From IMG/VR virus record IMGVR_UViG_3300019370_000055, positions 1-64,000 of that record: a stretch of DNA of 64,000 nt; one strand, given 5' to 3'. Below are positions 30,250-39,712 of the stretch, one piece after another; the first letter of the stretch is position 1, and the number at the start of each line of letters is the position of its first letter. Position numbers and translations under genes: made by a program. Source of the stretch: a virus (taxonomy: Duplodnaviria; Caudoviricetes). A model generated the notes under the pieces. That model saw only the letters and a list, made by a program, of their open reading frames with translations. It searched no databases and was not told the DNA's origin.

Positions 30250-31326
30250 TTAGGCCAAATCCCAATGCCCAATAACATCACTGGTAACAGCAGCCAAACC
30301 AGCCTTAACCTGAATCTGACCTTCAAGTGTCATATCCATGTTATCACGGTTATCATTTGTTTCCTTCAGGCGAGAATCACCCTCAAACACAAATTTAATA
30401 GGCTTCGCATTTGTAGCAACAATCAGAATTTTAGTTGTAGACAGGGCAAAGTCAAAAGTACCTTGCTTAAACACCTGTGGAATTGGCATCAGATCGTAAC
30501 CCTCCCAACTGGAGATCACACCGTTGCGCTTGCGCTCTTCCTTTGCAGACTCAGGAATCCAATTCTCATCAATATTTTTTTGCAGCTTACGCAAAGCAGC
30601 ACCAGTACCAACAAGCACAGGCTTCACGCCATTAGCAGTTTCCACTTTCTCAATCAGTTCAAGTAGATTATCACGCTCAGTATCAGTAGACAGCGCACCA
30701 TGACCAACAAAACCCTCTGGAGCCATATCAGCCATATCAGCAAATGCGGCATACACGGCATTCTGGAACGCCTGTAAGAAAGACTTACGAGCCTTATCCA
30801 TCAGCTTAGTCCAAGAATCAATATTCTTCATAAACCGCTCAAACTCATTGTAGAAATGAACTTCCCACCAAGAAGTTTCAACGGCGAAAGATTTGCCCAT
30901 GTCCATACGCTCACGAATAGTATCCCAATGATTACCGCTAAACTTAGAAACAATGAAATTGCCGTTATCCTCTGCGTAGAACTCATTCTTATCACCTAAG
31001 TCAACACGAATAGTCTCAACAAAACGATTAAAGAACTCGTTCTCGCTCCAGCCTTCAGGCAAAGTTTGATCCAGAACAGTTTCCAGAATCTCAAAAATGT
31101 CATTCTTGTATTTACGATAAACACGATAGTTAAACTTCTCGTCATGCAAAATTTCCTTTGCAAAACGCTCACGCATAACATCATCCATGCTACCAGCACT
31201 CGTATCAACATCCTTGGCAACGTAATTACCCACATCACCAGTATAAGTATCAATACCAAGTGCGATCAACTGCTGCTTCTCAGTAGAGAAATTAGCCAGC
31301 TTACTCATATCACAAGCCATATTCAA
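30250..31326 (-). CDS. Major capsid protein
   Basis: 358 aa, strong codon bias, position after scaffold and decoration genes. Confidence 0.85.
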   Translation of the reverse strand: MNMACDMSKLANFSTEKQQLIALGIDTYTGDVGNYVAKDVDTSAGSMDDVMRERFAKEILHDEKFNYRVYRKYKNDIFEILETVLDQTLPEGWSENEFFNRFVETIRVDLGDKNEFYAEDNGNFIVSKFSGNHWDTIRERMDMGKSFAVETSWWEVHFYNEFERFMKNIDSWTKLMDKARKSFLQAFQNAVYAAFADMADMAPEGFVGHGALSTDTERDNLLELIEKVETANGVKPVLVGTGAALRKLQKNIDENWIPESAKEERKRNGVISSWEGYDLMPIPQVFKQGTFDFALSTTKILIVATNAKPIKFVFEGDSRLKETNDNRDNMDMTLEGQIQVKAGLAAVTSDVIGHWDLA

Positions 31327-31348
31327 TACCTCTCTTTCTTCTTTTCAA

Positions 31349-31927
31349 TTAGCCTACAATATCGTTCCGCAGAATCTCGATAAAGTAGATAATATAAGGA
31401 CGACCATACTGCTTACCGCCCTCAGTTTTCCAGCCAAGGCCACGCTTCGCAGTACCAATAATCTTGCCAACAAAACCCTGACCAGCAGTATCGGCCTTCT
31501 CGACCATCTTCACGGTAGTCTTACCAGCCTCGACAATAACGTACTTACCAATCTCAGGGGCATCGCCAGAACCATAATTAATACCCTCCTTGCTTACAGC
31601 ATACACGTCATGCGCAATCAGATCATAAGCCCGGAATGGACGATCAGCCTCGTTAATGTAGTTATAAAGAGCCTGATTAGTACGCCGTGTCTCATCATAA
31701 TCCCACTCAGGATTAGCAACCAGCACAACACGATCTTTACCAATCAAATCAGCAGTAGGAGCCAAAAACTCATGAGTTTCCAGACCTTCCACATCAGTAG
31801 CCAGATCACCAACATACCCAATGTGACCGTTCTCCACATCAACATCAGCAATCAGACTATACAGATGACCACCACCACGAACAGCGGCAATCTTAGAAGT
31901 TTCAACGACAGTGTAATTCTTATCCAT
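31349..31927 (-). CDS. Head decoration/cement protein
   Basis: 'VENGHIGYVG' pattern; highly biased codons; immediately before the capsid gene. Confidence 0.65.
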   Translation of the reverse strand: MDKNYTVVETSKIAAVRGGGHLYSLIADVDVENGHIGYVGDLATDVEGLETHEFLAPTADLIGKDRVVLVANPEWDYDETRRTNQALYNYINEADRPFRAYDLIAHDVYAVSKEGINYGSGDAPEIGKYVIVEAGKTTVKMVEKADTAGQGFVGKIIGTAKRGLGWKTEGGKQYGRPYIIYFIEILRNDIVG

Positions 31928-31949
31928 AGTCTTAATCCCTCTCTTTCAA

Positions 31950-33401
31950 TTAATCTTTCTTAGTTGGCAGAACACCATAGCGAGAATTTACCTCCGCTGC
32001 CGGAGTCTGCTGGAACACATCTGCAACAGGAGCAGAAGTTTCCTTTACCTTGCGACCAAAGTTCGCATTCAAGTTTTTCTGTGTGAACATAATTGCACAC
32101 TGACTCTGAATATCCTCCAGTGTATACTTGTCACGATCTTTCTTCAGCGCAGTATAATCAGCACTATCAGCCAAATGCTGATCAAACTTCCTAAACTCTG
32201 CATCCTTTGCGGCCTCGATAGCCGCAGCCTCACGTTGCTGTTCTGCAACCACATAGGCATCATACTTAGGCTTCATTTCGTCCAACTCGTTCTTGGCGGC
32301 AGTATAATTGGCCTCCGCTGTAGCCTTTTCCTCATTAGCAATATCAATCTGGCTATTCATATATGTAGCCACATCAGAAACAGCCTGTTCAAAAACAAAA
32401 GGCGCAGAATCTTCCACACCTTCCTCGAAATCAGTATATGTAGTTTTCTTTCGAGTTGCTGTTGCGAAATCAATACTGATCTTATCGCCGTCCATACTCA
32501 TCTTCATACCATAAATACGATAATGGTCAGCACGATCCATAACAATTACTTCATCGCCCTGAACATCAACAAAACAATACTGAGAACATTCGTAGCCCCA
32601 ACTGTCACGATATTTCTTTTCGCCCAGCACAGCACGAATCTCATCAATCTGCTCCATCAAGTTCAAGGTAAAATTAGCTTTAGGCATAGTTTCACCTTCC
32701 TTTATAGTTTGAGTTTCACTTGTTTGTTCAACAGAAATAGTATACTCATGCAATTTGTCTTTGATTTCTTGTGCAATAGATTGAACAGTAAATTTAGCAA
32801 TAGCTTCACTATCAATCATTGCTGGTTGAATACTCTCATCTGTTGATGACAAAAGGCAACAACCTTCAAAATTAAATCCTGTGAAAGTAAAAGTGCCATC
32901 GTCATTTTCTTCGCCAGTGATTGAAGAAAGTTCTAATTCCATGCTTTGCGGTTTGCCACCATCACGTTCAAAAATAGTAACTGCGTCATCAAATTTAGTC
33001 CACAAAAGAGCATCAACTTGAAAGAACTCCCGACAAATTCCATCGGAACAGACTTTTTCAATCCAACGATAGTTACATGACTCTGGAATTACACCATAAG
33101 CAGAACCAGCGTACACATAATCTTTACCATCTCCGTCTTTAACAGTTTTGTATTTATGTCCCTGAAAGTCTAATTCTCCGTCTGGATTCAGAGCAATATA
33201 CCCCAACACTGGTGTATTCTTGATACTTTCGGCATTAGCATCAACAACTTCCTTTTCAAAAATACTGCCGTTAAAATTTAACCCCGTATGTAAAACATCA
33301 ATCGTTATGGCAAGAAATCTCGAATCTTCTGTTTCCACACAGTTGTTGATTGTAAACGAAACTGGCAAATTTTTTCGTTCATGACCCACTTTCCTCATCA
33401 C
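31950..33401 (-). CDS. Prohead protease-scaffold
   Basis: N-terminal 'VLHTG.N.NGS.F...QSMEL...GCCLL' protease-like region and acidic coiled-coil C-terminus. Confidence 0.75.
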   Translation of the reverse strand: MMRKVGHERKNLPVSFTINNCVETEDSRFLAITIDVLHTGLNFNGSIFEKEVVDANAESIKNTPVLGYIALNPDGELDFQGHKYKTVKDGDGKDYVYAGSAYGVIPESCNYRWIEKVCSDGICREFFQVDALLWTKFDDAVTIFERDGGKPQSMELELSSITGEENDDGTFTFTGFNFEGCCLLSSTDESIQPAMIDSEAIAKFTVQSIAQEIKDKLHEYTISVEQTSETQTIKEGETMPKANFTLNLMEQIDEIRAVLGEKKYRDSWGYECSQYCFVDVQGDEVIVMDRADHYRIYGMKMSMDGDKISIDFATATRKKTTYTDFEEGVEDSAPFVFEQAVSDVATYMNSQIDIANEEKATAEANYTAAKNELDEMKPKYDAYVVAEQQREAAAIEAAKDAEFRKFDQHLADSADYTALKKDRDKYTLEDIQSQCAIMFTQKNLNANFGRKVKETSAPVADVFQQTPAAEVNSRYGVLPTKKD

Positions 33402-33441
33402 CGCCTTTCTTACAAAATTTTAATAACACCAAAAGGTGATA

Positions 33442-34980
33442 TTAACGATTCAAATTAGCATCGGTATCTTTTGTGGTTTCACCTTCCTCGGTTAAATCCA
33501 AACCTTTGCTTTCATTTGTGGGGCGACCCCCTGCTACATCCTCGCCAGTAGACGTATAAGAAGTTGCTAAAGGAATATATTCCTCATGTAATTTCAAAAC
33601 ATGATTTTCCAAGAACAGACTACCAAGTTGTCTGCTGGGGGATTTGCCCAATGCAACACCATAATCAATCTTAAATGGTTCTCCATTTTGTGCTGCTTTC
33701 AAAAACGCATCTGCTACTTCAAGTCTATTGAATACAGTTGAATCTTGAATGCGTAATGCAAATTTAAATGCTGGTTTATTGAATTTCCGCAATTTTATAA
33801 ACCGTGTGAAATATCGTTCACATTGTCTATAAAACCCATAAATAAAAGCAGCATCATTTTCAAGAGACAGCTTAAAAGCTGTTCCAGATGATCCACTGTT
33901 AAACAATTCACTGGACACACCAGCATTGTCATATATGTTTTTAATTGCATCACTTAGATTGTTTGCATTGTTAGTATTATCTTTAAAACTAACCGCTGTA
34001 GCTTTGCCCGGAGCATGAATTAATCCAATATCGTCAGGCATATTAGCTTTATTCATTTCAGCAAAAACAGCAAGCGTTTCATCAGTCAGTAATGGCTTAT
34101 CAACTGCATCTTCATCAATGGGAATCTCAATTACAATAGCCTTATAATTATCTACTCTGGCCTTCTGCATTTTTAGTTTCTTATATACGTCTAAATCAAG
34201 AATATCTTTCACCAATGCTAATAGCAGCGGCATAGGATATAAGCAGGATTCATTCAATTTGAAACATACTTGTTTATCTGCGGGAGGCACATACCATCCA
34301 TCAAAATATTCATCTCCATTTATATATTCAATATACGCCTGTTGAACATAAGCAGGATAAGATGTAATTTCAAGAGGATTAATACCACTTAATCTAATCT
34401 TGAAATTATATACACCATCTTGAATTTGCTTAATTTGGCATATAGACGGATTCATTTTGTGAATGAAGAAATCATAGCTATCTTCAAAAATTAAACCATA
34501 ATAAACATCTTCGACTGTCAACACGCTCATGATTTTAAGCATCTCGTGCTTGAATCCCATCTTTTCAAATTCAGAACAAACATTTGCAAAAGCGTCACGC
34601 ATTTTTGCAATCTTTTCATCAGAATCCAACTCTCCAGTTTTTACATCATACATATCAATGTTGTAATTAAAAAGTCCCATCTTTGAAAAATAATTATTGA
34701 GGCGCATATAGAATTGAGAAATATTCATCAAATATCTACTAACATCAATAATCATATTTGAATGTGCCGCTGGATTATTTAACGCATCCTGAATCCGTTC
34801 AAGAGAATAACTACCAATCTTATATGACCGTAAGATTTCTGTATTCGTGCATAGATCATGAACCATAAGCCTTCTAAATGCACCTAAGTCCAAACGGCCT
34901 TTGCCACTGACAGCATTATCAAACGATTTTGAATCTCGTTCATAATCTACTTGCGAATAAATTACTTTTGTCTTTGACAC
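33442..34980 (-). CDS. Portal protein
   Basis: 512 aa right after TerL; C-terminal 'TSYT.....GGRP' typical of SPbeta-like portals. Confidence 0.85.
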   Translation of the reverse strand: MSKTKVIYSQVDYERDSKSFDNAVSGKGRLDLGAFRRLMVHDLCTNTEILRSYKIGSYSLERIQDALNNPAAHSNMIIDVSRYLMNISQFYMRLNNYFSKMGLFNYNIDMYDVKTGELDSDEKIAKMRDAFANVCSEFEKMGFKHEMLKIMSVLTVEDVYYGLIFEDSYDFFIHKMNPSICQIKQIQDGVYNFKIRLSGINPLEITSYPAYVQQAYIEYINGDEYFDGWYVPPADKQVCFKLNESCLYPMPLLLALVKDILDLDVYKKLKMQKARVDNYKAIVIEIPIDEDAVDKPLLTDETLAVFAEMNKANMPDDIGLIHAPGKATAVSFKDNTNNANNLSDAIKNIYDNAGVSSELFNSGSSGTAFKLSLENDAAFIYGFYRQCERYFTRFIKLRKFNKPAFKFALRIQDSTVFNRLEVADAFLKAAQNGEPFKIDYGVALGKSPSRQLGSLFLENHVLKLHEEYIPLATSYTSTGEDVAGGRPTNESKGLDLTEEGETTKDTDANLNR

Positions 34981-34997
34981 TTAATCACCGCCTTTCC

Positions 34998-36644
34998 TTA
35001 ATACATTTTTGGCCTACGGTTTAATGCTTGTAGCCGCTTTGCAAAAGATTTTATATCAACATCACTTTTACGACTATCTGTTTCTTCTACTTTAATGATA
35101 AAATATAACAAATATGCTGTCGCAGAAAATCGGTCTTTATCAAACTTATTAACTACTTTCTCAACCGATAAATTTTTTCCGTTCTGAACCAATTTGAGAT
35201 TTCCGACCTCTTGGAAGAACAATTCTTCTTGAACATATGGCATTACTTTAGAATTCAAATCTTCATCTGTACGAATTGAATAATCATCGCCGCCATTCCT
35301 ACTTTCAAGAAATCGAAGCATACAAGAATCAATCACATTAATGAAATTTGAAAGAATCTGTGTTTGACAAGACTGTGCTTTAAGATCATACAAACATTGT
35401 TCGGCTTTTGGTGTCTCTGGCTCTGCGGTAGTGTTCATCGTATCCCAAGCTGGATATGTTTCTCCAGTAATCGGATCATTTTGTGATTTTAACAATTCAT
35501 CAATCAATCCGCTGCCTAATCCATTTCCATCCACTACAACTTTTCTGGCATGATACCTTTTTCTAACTCTTTTTACCATTATTGCTTGTGTTGTAAAACT
35601 AAAGGTATTAGACATATGGATTAAGTTCACTAACTGAATCTCAGTAATCTTCCCATCGGCCCCTCGAATCACCTTGCCAACAGCAATAGATGACTGGTTA
35701 TTACTTTTATTTTGAGAACGTGCAACGTCAACCCCTAAATAATATTCGTCATCATCGCTGGATGCACTGATTTCTGGAGCAGTTAAGGTACGGCAGTTCA
35801 TAAGGCGGTTGATATTGACAAGCGCACCAGTTGAACTACCAACCCAATTACCACCATAGTTCATATCAAAAGCAATCGGGGACATATCTTTTTTCTTTTT
35901 CAAGATTGTACTTTTGCTTGATCCACGTCCATACCAGCAGCCAAGCATCCAATTAGACCCTAATACAATTTTACCATTCAGATCACGCATATCATGGAAC
36001 ATAGATAAATTTCGATTATACTCATCTGAACCTCTAAACCCCGGAGTAGTATAAAAATTGATTTGCTGATTAAGTTCTTCTGGATTAACAATCGCCAGCT
36101 TACCGCAAGTAGTGCGACCAACCTCCACAACAGGCTCAAGAGCATCCTCAAAAATAACATTATCCATCAAGTTAGATTCTTCGATACTAATTCTCTTTCT
36201 ACGTTGTCCCTTACTGGTTTGAGCATTAGCTAATGCGTCAATTCTGGCCCCATTTCTAAAGACGATTAAAGCATCACCTTTAATGAAACTTGTTTTTACG
36301 ATTTCTTTGGCTAACATAGGATAATACCGAACCAACTCATTATATTTATCTTTTAACAGTGCTGCGGCATTTTCCTTTGTCTGTGCTGTTAATGCAAGTT
36401 CAATATTAGGATACCGAATACAAACAATCACCATGTTTGCAAACTCAAGAAATGTCTTTCCATACCCTCGATTGAAGCAGCCATGTTCACTAAAAAACCG
36501 TGTTCCTGCTCTCATGAAAACACGCTGATCAGTATGTAATTTAATAGCCCCCTCTTGAGGGGCCATCAAATCTAATGCAAGATCAGGATACCAAATCCAC
36601 CAGCTTGCAAAATATTCAGCTTTTTTAAGTTCTTCAGTAGTCAT
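34998..36644 (-). CDS. Terminase large subunit
   Basis: Walker A RGYGKT, Walker B ISIEE, nuclease GVDVAR, VVDGNGLG and KDRFSA motifs. Confidence 0.93.
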   Translation of the reverse strand: MTTEELKKAEYFASWWIWYPDLALDLMAPQEGAIKLHTDQRVFMRAGTRFFSEHGCFNRGYGKTFLEFANMVIVCIRYPNIELALTAQTKENAAALLKDKYNELVRYYPMLAKEIVKTSFIKGDALIVFRNGARIDALANAQTSKGQRRKRISIEESNLMDNVIFEDALEPVVEVGRTTCGKLAIVNPEELNQQINFYTTPGFRGSDEYNRNLSMFHDMRDLNGKIVLGSNWMLGCWYGRGSSKSTILKKKKDMSPIAFDMNYGGNWVGSSTGALVNINRLMNCRTLTAPEISASSDDDEYYLGVDVARSQNKSNNQSSIAVGKVIRGADGKITEIQLVNLIHMSNTFSFTTQAIMVKRVRKRYHARKVVVDGNGLGSGLIDELLKSQNDPITGETYPAWDTMNTTAEPETPKAEQCLYDLKAQSCQTQILSNFINVIDSCMLRFLESRNGGDDYSIRTDEDLNSKVMPYVQEELFFQEVGNLKLVQNGKNLSVEKVVNKFDKDRFSATAYLLYFIIKVEETDSRKSDVDIKSFAKRLQALNRRPKMY

Positions 36645-37709
36645 TTACTCACCATCCCCATAGTAATCAGGAGGCAAATTAATGAACTCTGAAATCTTTT
36701 CACGGTTTGCTAATGTTGTATCACCCTCAAAAATTCTATATGGATCACCATATTGTTTGAGATATTCTTCTACTTTTTCATCATAGAACTTATACACATC
36801 AGCATACTCAACCTCTGGCTTGCCCTCTAAACGGCGACAATAATTCACGTAGCACCAAATAATAAAATCTGGAGCATCATTAGGCCGATACTTGAATTGC
36901 GGAAGGATTCTGGTTATATCCTGTTCCCTTTCAAATTTTTGAAAGAACTCTGAAAAACAAGTAATACCACCTTGAATATCAATAGCATTTAGTTGCTTTA
37001 ATGCTTCTGAGGCCAGCTTCGACCACTTTTCAGCATCAGCAATTCCACCAGAACTTGTTGCGATTGCCTCTTTTGCTGCAAACCGAACATATCTCAACAA
37101 TAAATTTCGCTGATTACTTGAAATATTCGGATAATCTTCTTTACTATCATCATAAATCCGTTTCATGGTTTCATACTCTTTGGCGGTATATCCTTCACCG
37201 AACAAACGAATTACATCTTCAGTAACAATAAAATCCTCATCACTCAAATAATAAACTTTATCAGCGTTCATAGATTTACGCCTTGCTGTTTCAATACCTC
37301 TTTCTGCACTTGGATTATCATTAAAATTACTATCTTTCCAAGTCTTACTACGATGTTGTTGCATAGAAATATTTTTAATATATTTTCCCACAACGGCATC
37401 TTCAGAAACATCATCTGATCCAGTATTTTTCTTTACTTCGGTTACAGATTTATTCCATAATTTTTGAATAAAAGGTTTATCTAATTGCCGCAAAAGTGAT
37501 TGAAAACTTTCAATCTCAAACTCACCATCATCATTATAACAAGCATTTCTAATGCAATCTTTACACATAGGTATTCTTCCATCGCTATGAAGTGAATTAT
37601 AGCTTACAAAGAAATCACGTGTAATTGATTTTTCTTTTCCACAAGCAGAACAAACCTTTTTAACGACTTTTGTTTTGGCAGTATTAGAACTGCCTGATTT
37701 TCTTGCCAT
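36645..37709 (-). CDS. Probable terminase small subunit (N-terminal Zn finger)
   Basis: CSACGK...MCKDC; 'FGEGYT..EY'; abuts TerL. Confidence 0.6.
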   Translation of the reverse strand: MARKSGSSNTAKTKVVKKVCSACGKEKSITRDFFVSYNSLHSDGRIPMCKDCIRNACYNDDGEFEIESFQSLLRQLDKPFIQKLWNKSVTEVKKNTGSDDVSEDAVVGKYIKNISMQQHRSKTWKDSNFNDNPSAERGIETARRKSMNADKVYYLSDEDFIVTEDVIRLFGEGYTAKEYETMKRIYDDSKEDYPNISSNQRNLLLRYVRFAAKEAIATSSGGIADAEKWSKLASEALKQLNAIDIQGGITCFSEFFQKFEREQDITRILPQFKYRPNDAPDFIIWCYVNYCRRLEGKPEVEYADVYKFYDEKVEEYLKQYGDPYRIFEGDTTLANREKISEFINLPPDYYGDGE

Positions 37710-37733
37710 ACTGCCACCTCACTTATAATTTTT

Positions 37734-37809
37734 TGGCTCCTGCGACTGGACTTGAACCAGCGACTCCTTGATTAACAGTCAAGTGTTCTACCAACTGAAC
37801 TACACAGGA
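37734..37809 (-). tRNA. tRNA-Asn(GTT)
   Basis: TCCTGTG..AGTTGGTA..CTTGA-CTGTTAA-TCAAG..GGTTCAAGTCC..CGCAGGA-GCCA cloverleaf. Confidence 0.92.
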
Positions 37810-37845
37810 ATATAAAAGGCCAAGGGATAAAAACCCCTTGGCTTC

Positions 37846-37919
37846 TGGTAGAAGGTGTCGGACTCGAACCGCTATACCACATCCCAAATGTGGTGTGTTA
37901 CCATTACACTACACCCTCT
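37846..37919 (-). tRNA. tRNA-Pro(TGG), atypical T stem
   Basis: Anticodon arm CCACA-TTTGGGA-TGTGG, GTTCGAGT loop, CCA end. T stem pairs only 3 bp. Confidence 0.7.
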
Positions 37920-37926
37920 ATATAAT

Positions 37927-38020
37927 CCACAATAGGCCGAACGACACTTCGGCATCTCCATTTCGCCAGTACGCACAATCCGGCATTGGTGATAGCTGCC
38001 TGTTCTATCCTCTATTGTGG
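37927..38020 (-). ncRNA. Candidate structured RNA (four-way junction) between tRNAs
   Basis: Closing stem CCACAATAG/CTATTGTGG enclosing three hairpins; strand assumed from the operon. Confidence 0.5.
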
Positions 38021-38137
38021 CATTGCTGTCTAAAGCAACTACTAAATAATGTGCCTTATTCAGATGTGTTGTAACTCCAGCAACAAAGTTTGTTTATAGC
38101 AAAGAAAGGAGACTCGCTGCCGCTTACCCAAGGCGGC

Positions 38138-38222
38138 TGGTACTGCTGACGGGGATCGAACCCGTATGCCTCAAGGCGAGGGATTTTAAGTCCCTTGTGT
38201 CTGCCAATTCCACCACAGCAGC
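38138..38222 (-). tRNA. tRNA-Leu(TAA)
   Basis: GCTGCTG..GGAATTGGCAGAC..AGGGA-CTTAAAA-TCCCT, long variable arm, CCA end. Confidence 0.93.
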
Positions 38223-38229
38223 ATATTTA

Positions 38230-38460
38230 TTATTCATCCCAAGGAATACAATCATATAAATCGACTGGAGAACTTGCAGTTTTCATTTTAATAAATCCCT
38301 TATCAACTATCTTCCACAATGTAAATTTTTGTTTTTCTGTATTTTGACTTATTTGATACTTTTGACCAGACTTTCTTGCACATAATACTCCTGCTCCATT
38401 TTCAGATGTAGGAATATTCTTTACTACTTTTTCGCTGGTTTCTTCAGATTTCTTTCTCAT
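38230..38460 (-). CDS. Small hypothetical protein
   Basis: ORF track; ATG at 38460 overlaps the upstream stop. Confidence 0.6.
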   Translation of the reverse strand: MRKKSEETSEKVVKNIPTSENGAGVLCARKSGQKYQISQNTEKQKFTLWKIVDKGFIKMKTASSPVDLYDCIPWDE

Positions 38461-39098
38461 AAATAACTCCACCTATAATGATATGCTGTTTTGCGGTTTC
38501 CTTTACACACAGAACTTATATGTGCAGCAGCACCAGATATTAATTTCACATCATCTGTTTGAAGAACATATCTTGCGGCATCTGTTTCACTCGAAAATGA
38601 TTTTATAAATTCTCCATTCAAAGAAAACATATTGATATTTTTGCCACAGACTTTATTTATAACTTGATTTCCTGAAGCAAGTTTAACATTCCTTATATTC
38701 AATATATTTTTTACTGTAGCTATATCTATACCGACAATTTTTGCTGTTTCTTTTTGATTATGAGTTAATTCATATATGCGAACCACTAAATCATAATCGA
38801 CATACTGTGTACCATCTCCACCAACCGTTGCATTATATCCATTTCTATATGTATCATAATAATTTATCCAATATCTTTCTCTTTCAGAAAGAATTAAATC
38901 ACTACAAGTTTCAACTTCACTTATCTCAAAATTTTCAATACCATATTTTCTTATTGCACGATATAATGGTCTGTTTTGGTATCTGTCTTTCTGGCAATCA
39001 TTACAATGCTCCTTCCATCGCTCTTGAATTGTAAACATTGTCTTACCAATATAACACTTACCATTAATTTTATTTACTATTTTATAAATAAATGGCAT
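38457..39098 (-). CDS. Free-standing GIY-YIG homing endonuclease with NUMOD1-like C-terminus
   Basis: FIYKI...CYIGKT...RWKEH...ERYWI...GYN; 'IKSFSSETDAAR'; lies among tRNA genes. Confidence 0.88.
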   Translation of the reverse strand: MPFIYKIVNKINGKCYIGKTMFTIQERWKEHCNDCQKDRYQNRPLYRAIRKYGIENFEISEVETCSDLILSERERYWINYYDTYRNGYNATVGGDGTQYVDYDLVVRIYELTHNQKETAKIVGIDIATVKNILNIRNVKLASGNQVINKVCGKNINMFSLNGEFIKSFSSETDAARYVLQTDDVKLISGAAAHISSVCKGNRKTAYHYRWSYL

Positions 39099-39117
39099 TT
39101 ATATCACCTCTATTTTA

Positions 39118-39193
39118 TGGTAGGGGCAGTAGGAATCGAACCTACGTTTCTGGCGTGAAAGGCCAGCGTCTTAACCACTTGACTAACGCCCCG
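39118..39193 (-). tRNA. tRNA-Glu(TTC)
   Basis: CTGGC-CTTTCAC-GCCAG anticodon arm, GTAGG-TTCGATT-CCTAC, CCA end; acceptor stem slightly irregular. Confidence 0.82.
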
Positions 39194-39263
39194 TATTATT
39201 GAATACACCGTTATATCTTTTAAACTTTTGCCAGTTGGCTTACTGTTCCTCCTGACATTATTT

Positions 39264-39292
39264 ATTATAATTGATTATACCGTTATTGTCAA
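39264..39292 (-). promoter_or_regulatory. Consensus sigmaA promoter with operator-like motif in its spacer
   Basis: TTGACA-ataacggtataatcaat-TATAAT (17-bp spacer). Confidence 0.85.
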
Positions 39293-39323
39293 GAGGTTTT
39301 TTGAAATTTCTTTAAAAAATTTT

Positions 39324-39398
39324 TGGTGGGAGAAAAAGGACTCGAACCCTTTCCCTTTGGGCTTCAACCAAATGCTCTACCTGTTAAGCTATTCTCCC
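39324..39398 (-). tRNA. tRNA-Phe(GAA)
   Basis: GGGAGAA/TTCTCCC acceptor, TTTGG-TTGAAGC-CCAAA anticodon arm, CCA end. Confidence 0.88.
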
Positions 39399-39431
39399 AT
39401 ACCGGGCAGGAGGCACGATCCTCCTGTCCTT

Positions 39432-39704
39432 TTATTTGACGCAATCTGTTAAAGCGTTGCCGGGACGAATCTTCACATAGTCGTGGGCTGGAACTATACT
39501 TCTATCTTTAGTTCCAAAACCATGTCCCAAATACTCTTTCTTTTCCTTACGCTCAATTTTCATGAACCCATATAATGATACAGTGTCACCATTACGAATT
39601 GCATTTACAATCACTGATTCATATGCGTCCATAAAAACAGCAACATCTTTTTTGGATAATTCTGTACTGCTTGCAATAGCAGAAATCAATTCATTCCTAT
39701 TCAT
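39432..39704 (-). CDS. HU-family DNA-binding protein
   Basis: MNRNELISAIA...LSKKD...GDTVSLYGF...PG..L; 90 aa. Confidence 0.9.
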   Translation of the reverse strand: MNRNELISAIASSTELSKKDVAVFMDAYESVIVNAIRNGDTVSLYGFMKIERKEKKEYLGHGFGTKDRSIVPAHDYVKIRPGNALTDCVK

Positions 39705-39712
39705 ACATCACC

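Noticed and set aside
33520-33531. GGGGCGACCCC near the portal 3' end, matching the VR/TR end
   Set aside because: Match is only about 11 bp and encodes GGRP; no upstream TR similarity, so not a second DGR target.
38100-38137. Possible theta (HDV-like) ribozyme right after the tRNA-Leu CCA
   Set aside because: Only a simple GCCGC/GCGGC hairpin; nested P1-P2-P3 pseudoknot and catalytic J4/2 could not be built.
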